From positions 6,510,001 to 6,574,000 of the forward strand of contig OX638159.1 in the NCBI GenBank assembly GCA_951804945.1: a stretch of DNA of 64,000 bases. Reading direction: 5' to 3'. Of this stretch, positions 24,052 through 37,765 are shown one piece after another (the stretch's first letter is position 1; each line of letters starts with the position of its first letter). The notes below the pieces were generated by a model. The model ran no database searches. It was not told the DNA's origin and worked only from the letters and a program-made list of their open reading frames with translations. The stretch comes from Podarcis cretensis (lineage: Eukaryota). Both the position numbers and the translations under genes were made by a program.

Positions 24052-27000
24052 ATAGGGAGCCAATTTCTATCAAGCCCACTTCAGTTTTCAAACGTTCTGA
24101 AGCTTCTTGAGCAGGGAAGGGCTTCTGTCCAATCAGAGAATTCTACTTAACCTAAGCAATCTTTTTCTCTATCCTTTTTTAAAAAGGGGGAGGGGGCTGA
24201 AAGTATCATTTTCAGTATTCTGCTTTCATAACAATATAACAGTTGGTGGAAAGGCTGCTTTGTAGAACAATTCTATGCAGCTATCTTCATAATACTATAA
24301 TATTAAGCCTTTTTGGTTTAAGCAAAAGCCCAACATGTACAATAGAATGTGATTATTCACCTACCACTATTGTCCTTAGAATCTATTAGAAGGTTGAAAT
24401 TTATGCCATTTTTAAAGAAAGGCTGATGGTTGGACACTGCGGTCTACAGGACTGTGACAGCACCTGCTGTTCAGAAGTATTCAGGCGCACTGTAAAATTG
24501 CTTTGCTTCTCTGAAGTGTCTCTTGTCTAATAATTCTATGCCAGAGCTTAGAAAAATCTTAATAGACTAGAGACACTGGAATGTGGGTTGGAGGGCATGT
24601 CCATTGTTTTCTGATACAGCACGTTTTAGTTACAGTGTGTCTGGTTGACAACTGCAAGCATCATTCAAAGCCCATTGGTCACAATTTGGAGTAGACCAAG
24701 GTCACATTCACACCATGCATTCAAAGCACTTGAGATACCACTTTGAGTTTTCATAGTTCCCCCCATGGAATTTGAGGAGCTGTAGCTTGATAAGTGCACT
24801 GAGAGTTGTTATTCATTTCACAGAGCTACAGTTCCCAGAGTTCTTTGGGAAGGAAGATTTGATAAACTACAGCTCCCAGAATTCTTTGAGGGTAGCCTTG
24901 TGTGGGTAAAGAGGTATCCTAGAGTTTGTAATGTACGGTGTGAAGGTGGCCCAAGTGAATATTTAAGAAAGAATTCTCCAAATTCTCCAAAAGAGCAAAC
25001 ACCAAGCACAGCCTGTACTGTCTTCAGCCTTCACTGCCACTTTGACCCTCCTCCTTTCTCCCAAATGAAATTTACAAGGAGATGGAGCTCAATGGCAGGG
25101 AAGGGCGGATACAGCATGTTTTCATTCAAAGTGTTCTCAGCAACCATCCTCAGAAAGTCACACCTCCACTTAGGAAAAACTATAGATCCCAGCATTCTTT
25201 CTCCTGGATCTTTCCAAACCCCTCAATTGTTGTTTTTGAGCCTCCGAATTCCAGAGGTCAGCACCATCCATCTCTCAAATTTCCACAAAAAATCCAATGT
25301 TAGGCATTGATATCAACATCCAGCAGGCTTATTTAGCTTAGACACTTAAAAGAATCAAATCAATGCTTAAAAATCATAAAAATTATTTACACAATTACTG
25401 GGGGAAAGCCTGTTCCTTCTTATTACCTAGCTGTCCTTTTCTGATATATAGATAGGGATATTCCCTCAATTACTCATCTTTAAATAAATCCCTATGCTTA
25501 GTACAGTTATCTGTCTTTACTAATCAAAGTCAGCAAACAATGAGCAAAGAGGATATAGAATTGCTACCCGGAAAATCTCAGAAGGTGCAAAAAGCCCTTT
25601 TTTTCTTTATAAAATATAAAAAGGGTCTCAGGCATGTAAAACAATAATGACAAACATTATATGCCACTTTCTACCCTCTCTAAATTGAGTTGCACTCTAG
25701 GGTTTTCCTTCCCTTAAAAGAAAAAAAAATTGCTTAAAATATTTAATATTGGTGGCAAGTTTCATCTTGATGTTAACAACTTATCTGGCTGGGCTACTAT
25801 TGCCAAGTATTTTGCTTCCTGATCCCACTAAAAAAAATCAATGGAAATGTTGCCATTGGCTGCAAAAGGAACTGGTTAGGCCCCCAAAGCCTGCTACAAT
25901 AGTAAGTGTTCTTGCGGACTGGCCTCTGTGTGTCCAATCGGAATTGTTATGAATGGCCCTTTCAAAGCTTGATTGATGGGTCAGGACATGCCTGCCTTGT
26001 TACTACACAAATGAGGAACAAGGTTGATGGAATTCTAAAGAAAGCAATCCCTTATTGAAAGCCTGCTAACAGGGCAGCTATTTACTACAGCTCAGTCAAG
26101 CAGCCCCTATTCACAGGAGCAAAGCCAGGAAGACAAAAGAAATTACGCGTTCATGGCTCTCAGGCAAAAGCCATCGCCAAGCCATCTCGGGGGCAGGATG
26201 AAGCCATTAAACAATGAGACATACCAGAGCAATTATGGTAATCACTTAGCGTGTTTGAAGCCAGGAGAGAACAGAAGATCTGTGCCATCACATCACTTAC
26301 TTACTAGCAACCTTCTGTTGTTTTTACCATTCTCTCTCCCTGCCCCCCCCCCATTGAAATTCTGGGTTTTGTGAGATTTTTGAGTTGCCTTGCCGGGTTT
26401 AGTCGCACAACGGTATACAAATTTGCTAGCAATCAGAAAAGGTAACCACTTAGGATATGATTGCTGCTTTCAAATCCCACATCACTCATGATGGAAGTCA
26501 GTCCTCTGTATGCTCTGGCCACACACAAAGATGAGCTGCACCAGGCCTGCCCCACCCCTTTCCGCTTCCCCACAGCTGCAGTAACATGGTAGCACACTTG
26601 GCTCACGGCGTGGCCAGATCCTGCAAACAAACAACTCCCCACACAGTGTGAGCTGCCATGTGGGTCATTTTTTAAGCAGCAACTCCCAACTGTTTTGACC
26701 CTGAATTCTGGCAGCAGAATGATATGGCTTGATTGCATCTTTGGGCCTATATTGTTTTAGGAAGTGCAGTCCAAACACTGGAGCTGCATGTTATTCTGCT
26801 TTCAAAAGACCCTGCTGTTTCTGATTTCATTATGAAAACTCCCCGTCCAATGAGAGTTTTCCAGACTGTTTTCCTTATGGCATGCCAGGAAAGAACAGCT
26901 GTAAGTCAATACATACAATGCTTCATCAAAATTTAAGCAACCCAGGACCATAAATTTTTAAACTGGCTTGATTAACTTCGCAGTGAGAGAAAAAGTCCTG

Positions 27001-27576
27001 AAAGAGCTCAAAGGCAGCTCCCAACAAACATCCATCAGCAGGAGCATCTTTTGCCACTGACCTGGGAGAACATTAGCTTTGAAATACCCCCAAATGGTAT
27101 AGGCTCTCACTTTGGGCTTTTCTGGGCGACCCATGTTCACCTTTTCTGCATCTAACACCATGTGACATGAGGCACAAGAAAACACAAGCCACAGCTGCAA
27201 AGGATAAATCAGAAACACACGCAGAGAGCAAGGCTGATTCTTCTTTTGCAGCTCGAATTCAGTGGGTTTTTTCGAATTTTGCGCCTTTTTGGTCACACTG
27301 CACAGTGACAGAAAAGGGGACCAGATTCAAAAAGCACAAAACTCAAACCACAGATGCAAAGGAAGAACTGGAGGCACTATCTAAGTGTGCTCCCAATGCT
27401 TCCTCACCAGCCATGGTGTGAAAGTGTAACGCCTGCTATCATATGTTGCCAAGTGATTGACAGGTGAGCCCATGAAGGGTTGCCCACCTTGGGATCCAGC
27501 CCTCCAAACCACAAGGTGGTTGCTCACCTTTGGTATAGAATAATTTTGAAGGTAAACATTTCCTACACTGTTCAAA

Positions 27577-27579
<3 letters not shown>

Positions 27580-27628
<49 letters not shown>
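27580..27628. repeat. (TA)n microsatellite
   Basis: Read directly from the sequence. Confidence 0.95.
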
Positions 27629-27632
<4 letters not shown>

Positions 27633-27696
27633 ACTGGTGCAGCAAATACTTTTTTTTACTGGAAGTTGCCATTTAATGGAGACTATCCCTCCTAAA

Positions 27697-28051
27697 GGGA
27701 CGCGGGTGGCGCTGTGGGTAAAACCTCAGCGCCTAGGACTTGCCAATCACATGGTCGGCGGTTCGAATCCCCGCGGCGGGGTGCACTCCCGTCGTTCGGT
27801 CCCAGCGCCTGCCAACCTAGCAGTTCAAAAGCACCCCCGGGTGCAAGTAGATAAATAGGGACCTCTTACCAGCGGGAAGGTAAACGGCATTCCGTGTGCT
27901 GCACTGACTCACCAGATGCAGCTTGTCACGCTGGCCACGTGACCCAGAAGTGTCTGCGGACAGCGCTGGCTCCCGGCCTATAGAGTGAGATGAGCGCACA
28001 ACCCTAGAGTCTGGCAAGACTGGCCCGTACGGGCAGGGGTACCTTTACCTT
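27697..28051 (+). mobile_element. Sauria SINE
   Basis: Full length; 13-bp TSD TATCCCTCCTAAA at 27684-27696 and 28052-28064. Confidence 0.95.
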
Positions 28052-28542
28052 TATCCCTCCTAAAACCCTCAACATTCCACTCTTTCAGACATTTTTCATG
28101 CTTGTTTTCAGCCACTGATTCCCTCATCGACTGCTGCTGCTTTAGAGCCATTGGTTTTTTTAAAAAAATAACTTGAAAGGGATTTCATGATCCCAGCCAA
28201 TCAGGGATCACATAGACAACATAATGATGTCATGGCCTTGTGTAGATAAATCAGATTTGGCAATGTACTAATGTTACCAAGGGTAAACTGCTGAACTCAT
28301 GCATCTGCTTATCTCACCTTGACATGCTGAAAATGAGGTTTCTACAGGCTTCCTACCCCTCAAATTTAGCTCCTGAATTCTTACCCAAATTGGCTACTAG
28401 CACACAGTCACCCTTGTTAGTCTGAGCTCTTTTTAATGGAATAATTAAACAAATGGGTGTTACTTACCCTCTTCTCACACATCTGCTTAACTCACCTTGA
28501 TATTTTATCAGTTAGGGCTCCTCGTAGCATGTGGGTTCTCAT

Positions 28543-28942
28543 GTGTTGATGTTGACCTTTAAAGCCCTACACGGCCTCGGCCCCGTATACCTGAAGGAGC
28601 GTCTTCACCCCCATCATTCTGCCCAGACGCTGAGGTCCAGTGCTGAGGGCCTTCTGGCGGTTCCCTCACTGTGAGAAGCAAAGCTACAGGGAACCAGGCA
28701 GAGGGCCTTCTTGGTAGTGGCACCCGCCCTGTGGAACGCCCACCCATCAGATGTCAAAGAGAAAAACAACTACCAGACTTTTAGAAGACATCTGAAGGCA
28801 GCCCTGTTTAGAGTTTTTAATGTGTGACATTTTAATGTATTTTTAATCTTTGTTGGAAGCCACCCAGAGTGGCTGGGGAGACCCAGCCAGATGGGCAGGG
28901 TACTACTACTACTACTACTACTAATAATAATAATTTATTATT
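28543..28942 (+). mobile_element. L2 LINE 3' end
   Basis: Closely similar to the 61731 copy (TFKAL.GLGPVYLKERL...); (TAC)n(TAA)n tail. Confidence 0.88.
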
Positions 28943-28991
28943 AAAGCCTTATTGGGAAATGCAGAGCAGAATCAATGTGATTAGTTGTCTT

Positions 28992-29429
28992 TTTTTTTTT
29001 TTAAAAAAAAAAAGATATTTATTAAAGTTTCCAATTAACACATAAAAACACAAACAACAATAAAAACATACACAAACACAATACTAAAAACATGTATAAT
29101 TTCAAATCTTAATTCTTAAACCTAATTTCCTCGACCTCCTCGCACCTCCCCCTTCTGTATTCTAATTCCATTTATCTAATCAGCAAATCCATTCCCTTAT
29201 TTCCCATTATTTTTTATAATTCTGTTCTTTTTCCTTAATCAGCACCCCTGAAAACCACAAAATTTTAAAACTCATGTCGATTCTAGTCTTCATTAATATT
29301 ATAGTGTTTGCTTAGATAGTCTTTAAATTTCTTCCAATCTTCTTCCACTGTCTCTTTCTCCTGGTTTCGGATTCTGCCCTTCATCTCTGCCAGTCCCATG
29401 TAGTCTGTCAACTTCATCTGCCATTCTTC
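28992..29429 (-). mobile_element. 5'-truncated L1-clade LINE fragment
   Basis: Minus strand encodes EEWQMKLTDYMGLAEMKGRIRNQEKETVEEDWKKFK, homologous to the ORF 37798 C-terminus; AATAAA and poly(A); 15-bp TSD GTGATTAGTTGTCTT. Confidence 0.9.
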
Positions 29430-29458
29430 TCGGCCTTTTGGCTAAGATCAAGTGTAGT
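29426..29458 (+). pseudogene. RNU2: U2 snRNA fragment (nt 5-37), retrocopy fused to an L1 in the opposite orientation
   Basis: CTTCTCGGCCTTTTGGCTAAGATCAAGTGTAGT is an exact 33-nt match to the conserved vertebrate U2 5' end, including most of the branch-point recognition sequence GUAGUA. Confidence 0.92.
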
Positions 29459-30821
29459 GATTAGTTGTCTTAAAGTGATCAGAAGTGGGGAACCTCTGTC
29501 ATTCTGAGCACCACATTTATTCATGGGCAACCTTCTGGAGAAAGCATGCTGGTAGTAGGCAGGGCCAGAGGTTAAAAAAAAAGCCAGTGGGATAACAGAT
29601 ACAACTCTTATCCTTTGTACAGCCCAACAGAAGTAAGAGGTGCATCTTTCCATCCTCCATCCAGGAAAGCAAGAGGAACTGCCTCAATTCAAGGACACAC
29701 TCCAGCCAGTCCTGAGGGCCAGACAGAGAGCCCTGGAGATCTGCATTTGGACACCGGGTCCAAGGTTCCCCACCCTGTCTTAAAGTATTAATATTAAATG
29801 ACTTGGGCAGGAATCCTGTTCAGCAACCTGCTGAATCTAATGAAGTTTTCAAGCAATTTTTTGTTTATTCCCCTTTCCTCCTGATTCCCCCTGCACCACC
29901 TAGAACACTGTTCCAGAAGGTGCGTGTTATGTACGCCAACCCCGTGGAGGCATGAGGGAAAGGGGAGCCAAGAAAGTACCTTATTCTATAAGCAGAATTC
30001 CACACACAGAACTCTGGATCAAGCCCCTTATTCGTTGGGTAGCCCATGTATCAACTTTTGGTGAAATACATTGTTTTGTTTTTCCTCCGGCAATGGCAGT
30101 AATTTTGCTTTTCTTAGTTGTCTACATCTGGGAACTTCACCTTAGTTGTCTACGTCTGGGAATAAGTTTGATTATGCACGAAAGCTCTCCTCTAGATCCG
30201 ATGTCTTGCTAAGGTGTTTTCAAAACCTTTCCATCAGTATCGAGGGTTATGTTTACCTGTGTGACGTTTATGGAGAGTGAAAACACAGAATATCATAACA
30301 ACCTCAGAGAAGCTCTTCAGAACAGTACTTTATAATGGATGCGGTCATTGTAACTTGTATATTCAGATTGAGGCCACATCATTTAAAAGTCTTCATAGAG
30401 GATGTTTAGCACAATATAGCTACTATAAGATTATCAAGAAACCAAGGCACTTTTGCTCCATATATTTTGGTGTAATCTTATTCATTTTGTGGTACAATAT
30501 CTGTATTGTGAGTCACTGAATCACACAGTCATATATACCTCTATCCTATGCTGCAAGGAGCTTATGTTCTCTTTATTGTTCTTTTTTGAAAAATCTAGTT
30601 TTACAATGTGCCCAGAATGTGAATATGGGAGATAATTTGCAAATACAATGATTGCAGAACAATCATTCATTCATTCATTCATTCTTCTCCCTCATTCAAT
30701 GAAGAGGGAGGGTGGATCATTTTTCCTCTGCGGAAACATCTGAAGATTAAATGAAATGTTCTCAGTTCATCATCATAATGTATTAGTTGCTTTATAAATA
30801 ATATGTGCAACTTGCTGTACT

Positions 30822-30953
30822 ACAGGGATGAGGAACCTGTGGCCCACCAGACGTTGTTGGAGTCCAGTTCCCACCAGCCCCAGTCAACAAGGCCAATGGT
30901 CAGGGATGATCAAGTCCAAGAACATTTGGAGGGCCCCTGGTTCCTCATTCCTG
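30822..30953. mobile_element. Degenerate palindromic hAT-type MITE
   Basis: CAGGGATGAGGAACC ... GGTTCCTCATTCCTG; related to the 44077 element. Confidence 0.6.
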
Positions 30954-32743
30954 CTTTAGAGAAAACACACACAAGGCACTTTCCACAGGTTCCCACCCGC
31001 TTTATTTTTAAGTGAGGGGAATCTTTGTACAATCTGAGAGAGAGGGAAAGGAGAAAAAAGTTAAATAATACAATAATTAATTTGGCAATAAGTAATAATC
31101 TCTGCACCAAAGCCAAACAGTACATGAAGAGGGGAATGCAAGGCAGAAAAGATGAGTTCTAAATAATTTCTGTAAAGTGAAACACTGAATAGGCCATTCA
31201 ATATTACAAGGAAGATTATTCCACACATACAGATCAAACCAGTACTCTACATTTATTAAAGCTAAATTTTCAGTAGGAAAGCAATAAGCAGTAATATCAT
31301 GCCAAAACAAAAACATAACCTACACTCATTGACATATGGGAGCAGGGATAATTTCACTTAGAGTAGCCACTGAATTTACTTCAAGAAATAGAGGACACCA
31401 ACAATAGCCCCAGACATGTGGGCAAGCAAGCTGCTGTTGAATCCAGAAAAAGGCAGAAGTAATGTTGATATGGGGTTCTGCTCTACATTGGGCCGGATTT
31501 TTGAAAGCCTAGTAAGTTCAAAACACAGCAATCAGAGAGTTGTATCCAATGCTAGTCCTACTCAGAGTAGATTCATTAAAAATGGTGGCCATGACTAACT
31601 TAGGTTCATTAATTATGACTAACACTGGCTACAGCTAGCATTATAATAAAACCCGCAACTTTTGTCAGATCATATTACTCCGTTGTTATTCAAGTTTCAT
31701 TGATTTTCAATTTGTTTCCTGACCCAACTCAAAGTCTTGGTTTAAACCTACATTTGAGGAGGTTGTAGACCTGAGGGCCTTTGGATTCTGCTGGACTACA
31801 ACTCCCATAATTGCTGATCACTGGCCATGCTTACTGGGGCTTTTGAAAGTTGGAGACCAACTACATCTAGAAGTCCATACGTTTTCTATCCTTACCTTGT
31901 GTTATCTAGGACTGTCCCATGAAGTGTTTTCTTCCATAGAAGCTGACTGCAGGCATGTCTCATTCAACATCTGAAGTCCTGTGAATTGTCCTCTTCCTAT
32001 TTGAAGTAAGTGGGTGAGAACACAAAATATTATTTTAATGTGGCAGCAGATATGTGGAATGCCCTCCCTAGAGTGGCTACTTGCCCACTTCCCTACCTGC
32101 AATTCAACAAACAACAACAACATGGCGGTTAAAGAAGATGTTCATAATTGAGTTATTCATTGGCTGGCTGTATTCTATGACAGCTGTGCTTTCATGCAAA
32201 TTGTTGTTGGTCTTTTTTAATGGATACTTTAGAAACCTTGATGGGTATCTGATGGAAATAAGGGATACCAAATGTTTTTTGGGGGTTTTAATTTAAAAAT
32301 GGAAAGGCAGTGGATGAAAGTGAAGTGAAGAGACACTTGAATGGTTTGCATGATAGGGCTGATTTATTATAAGCAAACCCATGACTCAGTCTGGCAATCT
32401 TGACTACTGCACACACAGAACAGGTGTTCCACAGATGCAGCCTCTGTGGGATTCCAGTGCCTGAGATGAAAAAAAGAAGAGTACAGGAGGAAAGGAAAGG
32501 ATTTGGAAGAGGAACCTTATTCCTTTCCAAAATGTGTGCCCTGAGAGAACAGCTAGTGCTCTGTGAGAAAAACAAGGCCTGGAATATTATAGGCAGTATG
32601 TTATTAAAAAGGATTATTAAAGCAGAGATGGTCAGTCAGCAGACCTCTGGCCCCCACCATTGTTTTCTTTTCTATAAATGGATGAAAGTAAGCTTAAGGC
32701 TTTTCTAATGAAAGCATTTAAAACTGCCCCTTTTATATAATAC

Positions 32744-33481
32744 TGTTGCACAGCACCCCAATCTCCAGGTGGTGTGAGATTGCAGGCATTCCAGGCTCTT
32801 ACCCAGGGCTCGTGCTTACTTTTGGGAATGAGGCACAGAGGAGATTGTGGTGTCTCTATAATATATGGTTTATTTACACATATATACCACCTGAGCCTAC
32901 AATGCAGGGGTTCACAGCATTAACACCCCACAGAGGCAGAATTAGGACAGCGGGACCCGTTTTGCCGTATTGGGTGCTGAGCTTAGGGGGTGCCGCAGGG
33001 GGGTGCAGCTCTGACATAGTGAATTGAACATAATGGAAGGTGAGAGGCAGGGGGCACCAAATTTTGACCAAAATCTGCCCCTGCACCCCAAAAGGGTCTT
33101 GTTTGTCCCAAAACCACAGCCTTAGATTGAAACTGAAAGCAAACATCATTCTCTTCCTCTCTGGCTTTTTTCAGCCTGTGTCTTTTCCATCCAGTTTCTC
33201 GGTCGTATAACACAACTCTTTCCTAAAACTCCTCTTTGCCCTACTAAGAATCTAAGAGGGGGAGGGGACCCACCCATTTGCCACCAGGCACAGAGCCCCC
33301 TTTCTTCTGTTCTCTTAATGGACAATCACCTTTCCTTTTTTTTCTCCTTAATGGTCCATCCCCCCAGGCAACCACCTCATGAGGAAGCTAGCCTGGTTTC
33401 TATTTTAACACTTGCTCAGATATTTTAACACTTGTTGGGTCCAGGGGTTAGAATATGTCTGGCACTCACACACACATAACA
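32744..33481 (-). mobile_element. Solo LTR with a nested MITE
   Basis: TGTT...AACA termini with 4-bp TSD ATAC (32740-32743 and 33482-33485); AATAAA on the minus strand near 32870. Confidence 0.65.
32931..33083. mobile_element. DNA-transposon MITE nested in the solo LTR
   Basis: TIRs CAGAGGCAGAATT / AAATCTGCCCCTG; 7-bp duplication CACCCCA. Confidence 0.75.
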
Positions 33482-33828
33482 ATACATACATATCTAAACC
33501 ACAGGCCTGTTTTTTCCTCCTCAGTGTTTCAGTAGCAACTATATTTCCACCAAAGAAATCCTTGATGGAGGCATGCTGCTATATTGCAAAGATCACTTTG
33601 ATGTCTGAAAATGCTAAGAACAATACTAGAACTTAATAATAAACAGATTTGTTCAATTACAAGGTAATTTTCCCTGTTAAAAATCTATAAGTAACAGCTA
33701 GGAGTAGCAGACAAATTATTGTGTTTCTATGAGTAACACTCATCAAATTCATTGGAAGGCAATCATAGCTAAGTTAAAAAAACATTTCCCACAGTTCCAT
33801 TAATAAGACAAGAAAACGTTCTCAAGGG

Positions 33829-33830
33829 GT

Positions 33831-33899
<69 letters not shown>
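33829..33899. repeat. (GT)n(GA)n compound microsatellite
   Basis: Read directly from the sequence. Confidence 0.95.
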
Positions 33900-33901
<2 letters not shown>

Positions 33902-33909
33902 GTCCTTAT

Positions 33910-34314
33910 TAGGGATGGGTGAGAAATTAAATTCAGTTTGTATTGACTCTACCTAAGTTGCACACACAGTCATCCTTTGAAAATCACACACCTCCAAATT
34001 TTGCAGTGGAGTTCCCCAGTCAAGTAATGTGAACAAAAAACTGCATATATTGGGGTAAAATGTGCATAAAAATGTATAATTGCATACAAATCATAAAAAT
34101 GCATTATATTAGGGAAATCGCTTTACAAAAACGTGTTTTAGGGGGAATTGCATACAAACGTGTGCATATTAGGAGGAATTTACACTAAAACACTGACAAT
34201 TTTTCATGAAGAGCGTTTCCTAAAAATATTATCACACCAATAAAGAAATGTGGAGAACTGAAGAATGGAATGAATAACTCAATTATGAAGAATTGACTGA
34301 TTCGCCCATTCCTA
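33910..34314. mobile_element. Old hAT-type non-autonomous element
   Basis: TIRs TAGGGATGGG / CCCATTCCTA; flanks GTCCTTAT / GTCCACAT. A related AT-rich fragment lies at ~5420-5660. Confidence 0.65.
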
Positions 34315-36267
34315 GTCCACATTTCACTATTAGATTTCTTTTTAGATTCTGCACGCAGTGCCCCAGCTACAGTAGAGTATATAATTGTAAAGCACTGATA
34401 GATGGCACCATAAAGCTGCGTAAATTATCAGGAAGGTTTTAGAAAAAGAAAGTACACTTCTGGTCACTAGACAGAGAACAGGAGACCATCCGTCCCCAGC
34501 TTGGCAACCTATAGCCAAAAGTATGGTGGCCCCATCCAAGCTTGAAATGGACTCTACAGGATCAAGAAGCAAGGTAAAAAGGTTGGTTTCTCCTAAATCC
34601 TATCCTTGCAATATTTCCGCCTCCCCATTCCCTTGTCCACTCCAGCACTTCAAGACGTTCAGCAATGAAAAGTGAGACCCTGAAAAGTCTACATGCGGCA
34701 GGAAGGGAGAGGCATGCCCTACCCAACCATTACTCTCATTAATTCTATGGATATTTGGGTTGTCACCCACCCTCTCATGCAGTCCAATCCAATGAGATCT
34801 CTTGGGTTTCAGAAGCAGGCACACATACACACAAGCAGGTATATAAACAATGTTTTGTTTTTAAAATGAGGCAAAACCTTGTTTCTCAGTCCTGTGTGGA
34901 ACCATGAGTTTATTTCCTACTAGAATTATCACCACCCCTTCCCCAAACAAAAGGTCATGTGTTTCTCTTGAAACGAAAACAAAAACAAAGGGAAAATTAT
35001 CTCATTGTAATTACTGCAAGACAAATGCAATCTTTTAAAAGGCTAACTGTATTATTTGTATACCCAGGAGATTGCAATGGTACACATGTAATGCGGCCTA
35101 ATCAGTTTGTCTTAGCAAGACCTAACAGTGTTGATTTGAAACAGCTGAACTAAATCAACAGCTACCTTGAGCCAAAGGCCTTTGGAGAGCAATTAGAGTC
35201 AAACCTTGGGTTTTGAACCCAATATGCTCTGTCAGTCTCAGTGATTTGTGTTTGTTGTACTCAGCCTCATTTCCTGCATGAAACATGAAGCTGTATAAAG
35301 AGGAAAAATTCCCAAGATTCAAAAATATTTGACCTCAGTGCATTTGCTAGCATGAAAGTACACATGTCTAAATGACCATTTTGGTTTGTAGTACAAAGTT
35401 CTATTGATGTTGGCAGACTGAGCTTCCCCATGTCAAAGCCACATGAATGGTTTCAGGTTTCAGCCAAAAAATGTTTTCCACATGCTTTAGTGTGGGCCAA
35501 TTTACACAGCGGATTCTGCAGGGTTGTGGCCAAGTACTTCATAAAGGGCTGCCTTCTTTGGGATCAGGGAAACCACAACAGACACATTGCTAATGCAATC
35601 TAATTATCTGTTTGGATATTTTTCCAGATGTATCCAGTGTCTAAAAATACTGCAATAAAAAAGGTATTATTTGTTCTCCCTTGGACTGAAATAGTGGCAT
35701 AAATAACAACCTGCTTGTCTAGAGGGAAAGTTATGACAGTGTAATTCTATGACAGCCTTTAAAAAACAGTCAAACAAAACAGAACACCCCGAGGGCTGGC
35801 TATCTGATGCTTCTCATTTGAATTAGCCTCTGAAACAAAAGCCATGACTCCATGCGGAGATTCTTTTTCATGAGAAGATGCATGCCACAATTACAAGTTC
35901 ATTTCCTCCATTTGTGGTTTGTAATTTGATTTTGGGTTGGTCAATTTGATACATAACAAAGATATACAATGGTGTGTTTTGTTTTTTTTCTCTTTTGCTG
36001 GAAGAAGCCCAGTGATTATTGTATCCTGTGCTGTATGACAGTGGTGTGATTTCATTTCCTCAGCGTTGCTAAAACATGTTACCCAGTAGCCTCTTCGCTG
36101 CCATAGTCATTAGTTCTTTGAGCAATGAGGAAATGGTTGATTGTGATGAAGTCTTTTGGTGGATTGTGATGTTATTTGTGCACAAGCAACACATACAAAA
36201 CATGGCTGTCTCTCAACTACCTGTAACAGATTCTACAAGGAGCTGCTTTTCAAAAGGGCCCAGAAAG

Positions 36268-36560
36268 TGCAGCTGGTCCAGAATACAGCTGCCAAGTTGC
36301 TAACAGGCAGGATATATTAATTCCAATTTTGAAACAACTTCAGTGGCTTCCAGTTGGTTTCTGGGCACAGCTTAAAGTTAAAGTGATGCTTTTGATCTTT
36401 AAAGCCATACAAATAGTGGGACTGCCTCCTTTCATGTAAGCCTAGCTCAGATCATCTGCAGTTTCCTTCTCCATATTCCCTGATCATCAGAGGTGAGCAG
36501 GTGGGTGGGAAGGACAGCTCAACTCTTTCAGTAGCTACAATGAAGTTATGGAACTCCCTT
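36268..36560 (+). mobile_element. Old, degraded L2 fragment
   Basis: Remnant QLVQNTAAKLL...L.WLPV.F.AQLKV...LIFKA motifs. Confidence 0.6.
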
Positions 36561-37765
36561 TCCCAACAAAGCTCATCTTACACTTTTTCTCTCTACTAAC
36601 CTTTTGGGTTTATTTCAGAGAGCCTTTGGGATCAAGCAGGAGATATTTTTTTCTTCTGATGATTGGTTGTGGTGGGTTTGGGGTTTGTTTTTGTGTGTGT
36701 TTTTTTGCTGGTTGTTTCATGACAGTTTATGGGTTTCGAGCTATGTCATAAGCTGCTTTTGGGGGCATACCTGGTTAAAAAATGGAGCAAAGTATTGGTA
36801 ATTAGTTAGTTATTAGGAATTTGGTATGCAATGAGGTTCATGGCTGCTATTGTTTCATTAATCCCCATTTTTAGAGTAGCTGAAAGTAAGGAATTTCTAA
36901 GTTGCCTTCATTCTCTGTGGAAGTCATTGTGCACAACAGTAGATCCACCACAGTACGTGATGGAAAAATTCACCTCCTGGATCCATTGTTAGCAAAGGTT
37001 ATGTGTGTTTTGCTCTGGAAATAAATTAATCCCTTTGGGCAAAAGACCATGATTTATTTTACCTCCACTTATATCTGCATATCAGGATGAGGTAAAGCAC
37101 TGAATTATGAAGAAGAGATGCTTATAAATAACCGTCCATTCTAGTTCTCTTCTGGATTTAGGGGTTCTGGTCTATTGTGTCCTGGACACTGAGCAAGGCC
37201 GATATACTTCCTTTTTGTCATTCTGTCTTTCTAGAAATTGTAAAGATAACTGGTGGGGTTCCGGTCTGACCTCTCCAAAATAATGGCTCTTATTTTGAAA
37301 ATCTGTGGAGATTTTATAAAATTGAAAGTATTACTACATGTACATCCAGGTTCGTGTACATACATCTATGACATATTAAACAACAACAAAATGCCCTTTT
37401 GTTTTGCCTTAATGGTTGGTTTGGAATAATTGCTAATTGCACAATTAAACTGATATGGTCAGGAGAAAACATTATCTGTTTTGAAGTATTTTTATGTATG
37501 TATGTATGTATGTATGTATGTATTACACTATCCTTGTAGCAAATGTCTAAAACCCATTAGGGCTCCTGCTGAAACTGACCAGATATATTAAGTTTACTGA
37601 CATCATCTTTTCTTTCACTGCATGTAAAAAGAGAAAAATCATGTCAGTGACAAACTTCCTACTCAGTTTCGTATTAGTCAACTACAAACTTCCTGCAGTC
37701 TTAAACAAATCGCTCTCAACCACATGCAAAGGGGTTGGTAGTTAGCCAATCTGAGGAAGGCTGAC

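Noticed and set aside
26958-27296. 112-aa minus-strand ORF or exon
   Set aside because: No recognisable domain and only weak donor sites.
29426-29458. Functional U2 gene, or a Keno/Utopia U2-targeting insertion
   Set aside because: Only 33 nt are present, with no Sm site or 3' part of U2. U2-specific elements follow the U2 5' segment in the same orientation, whereas here U2 is followed by the TSD and the LINE lies upstream on the opposite strand.
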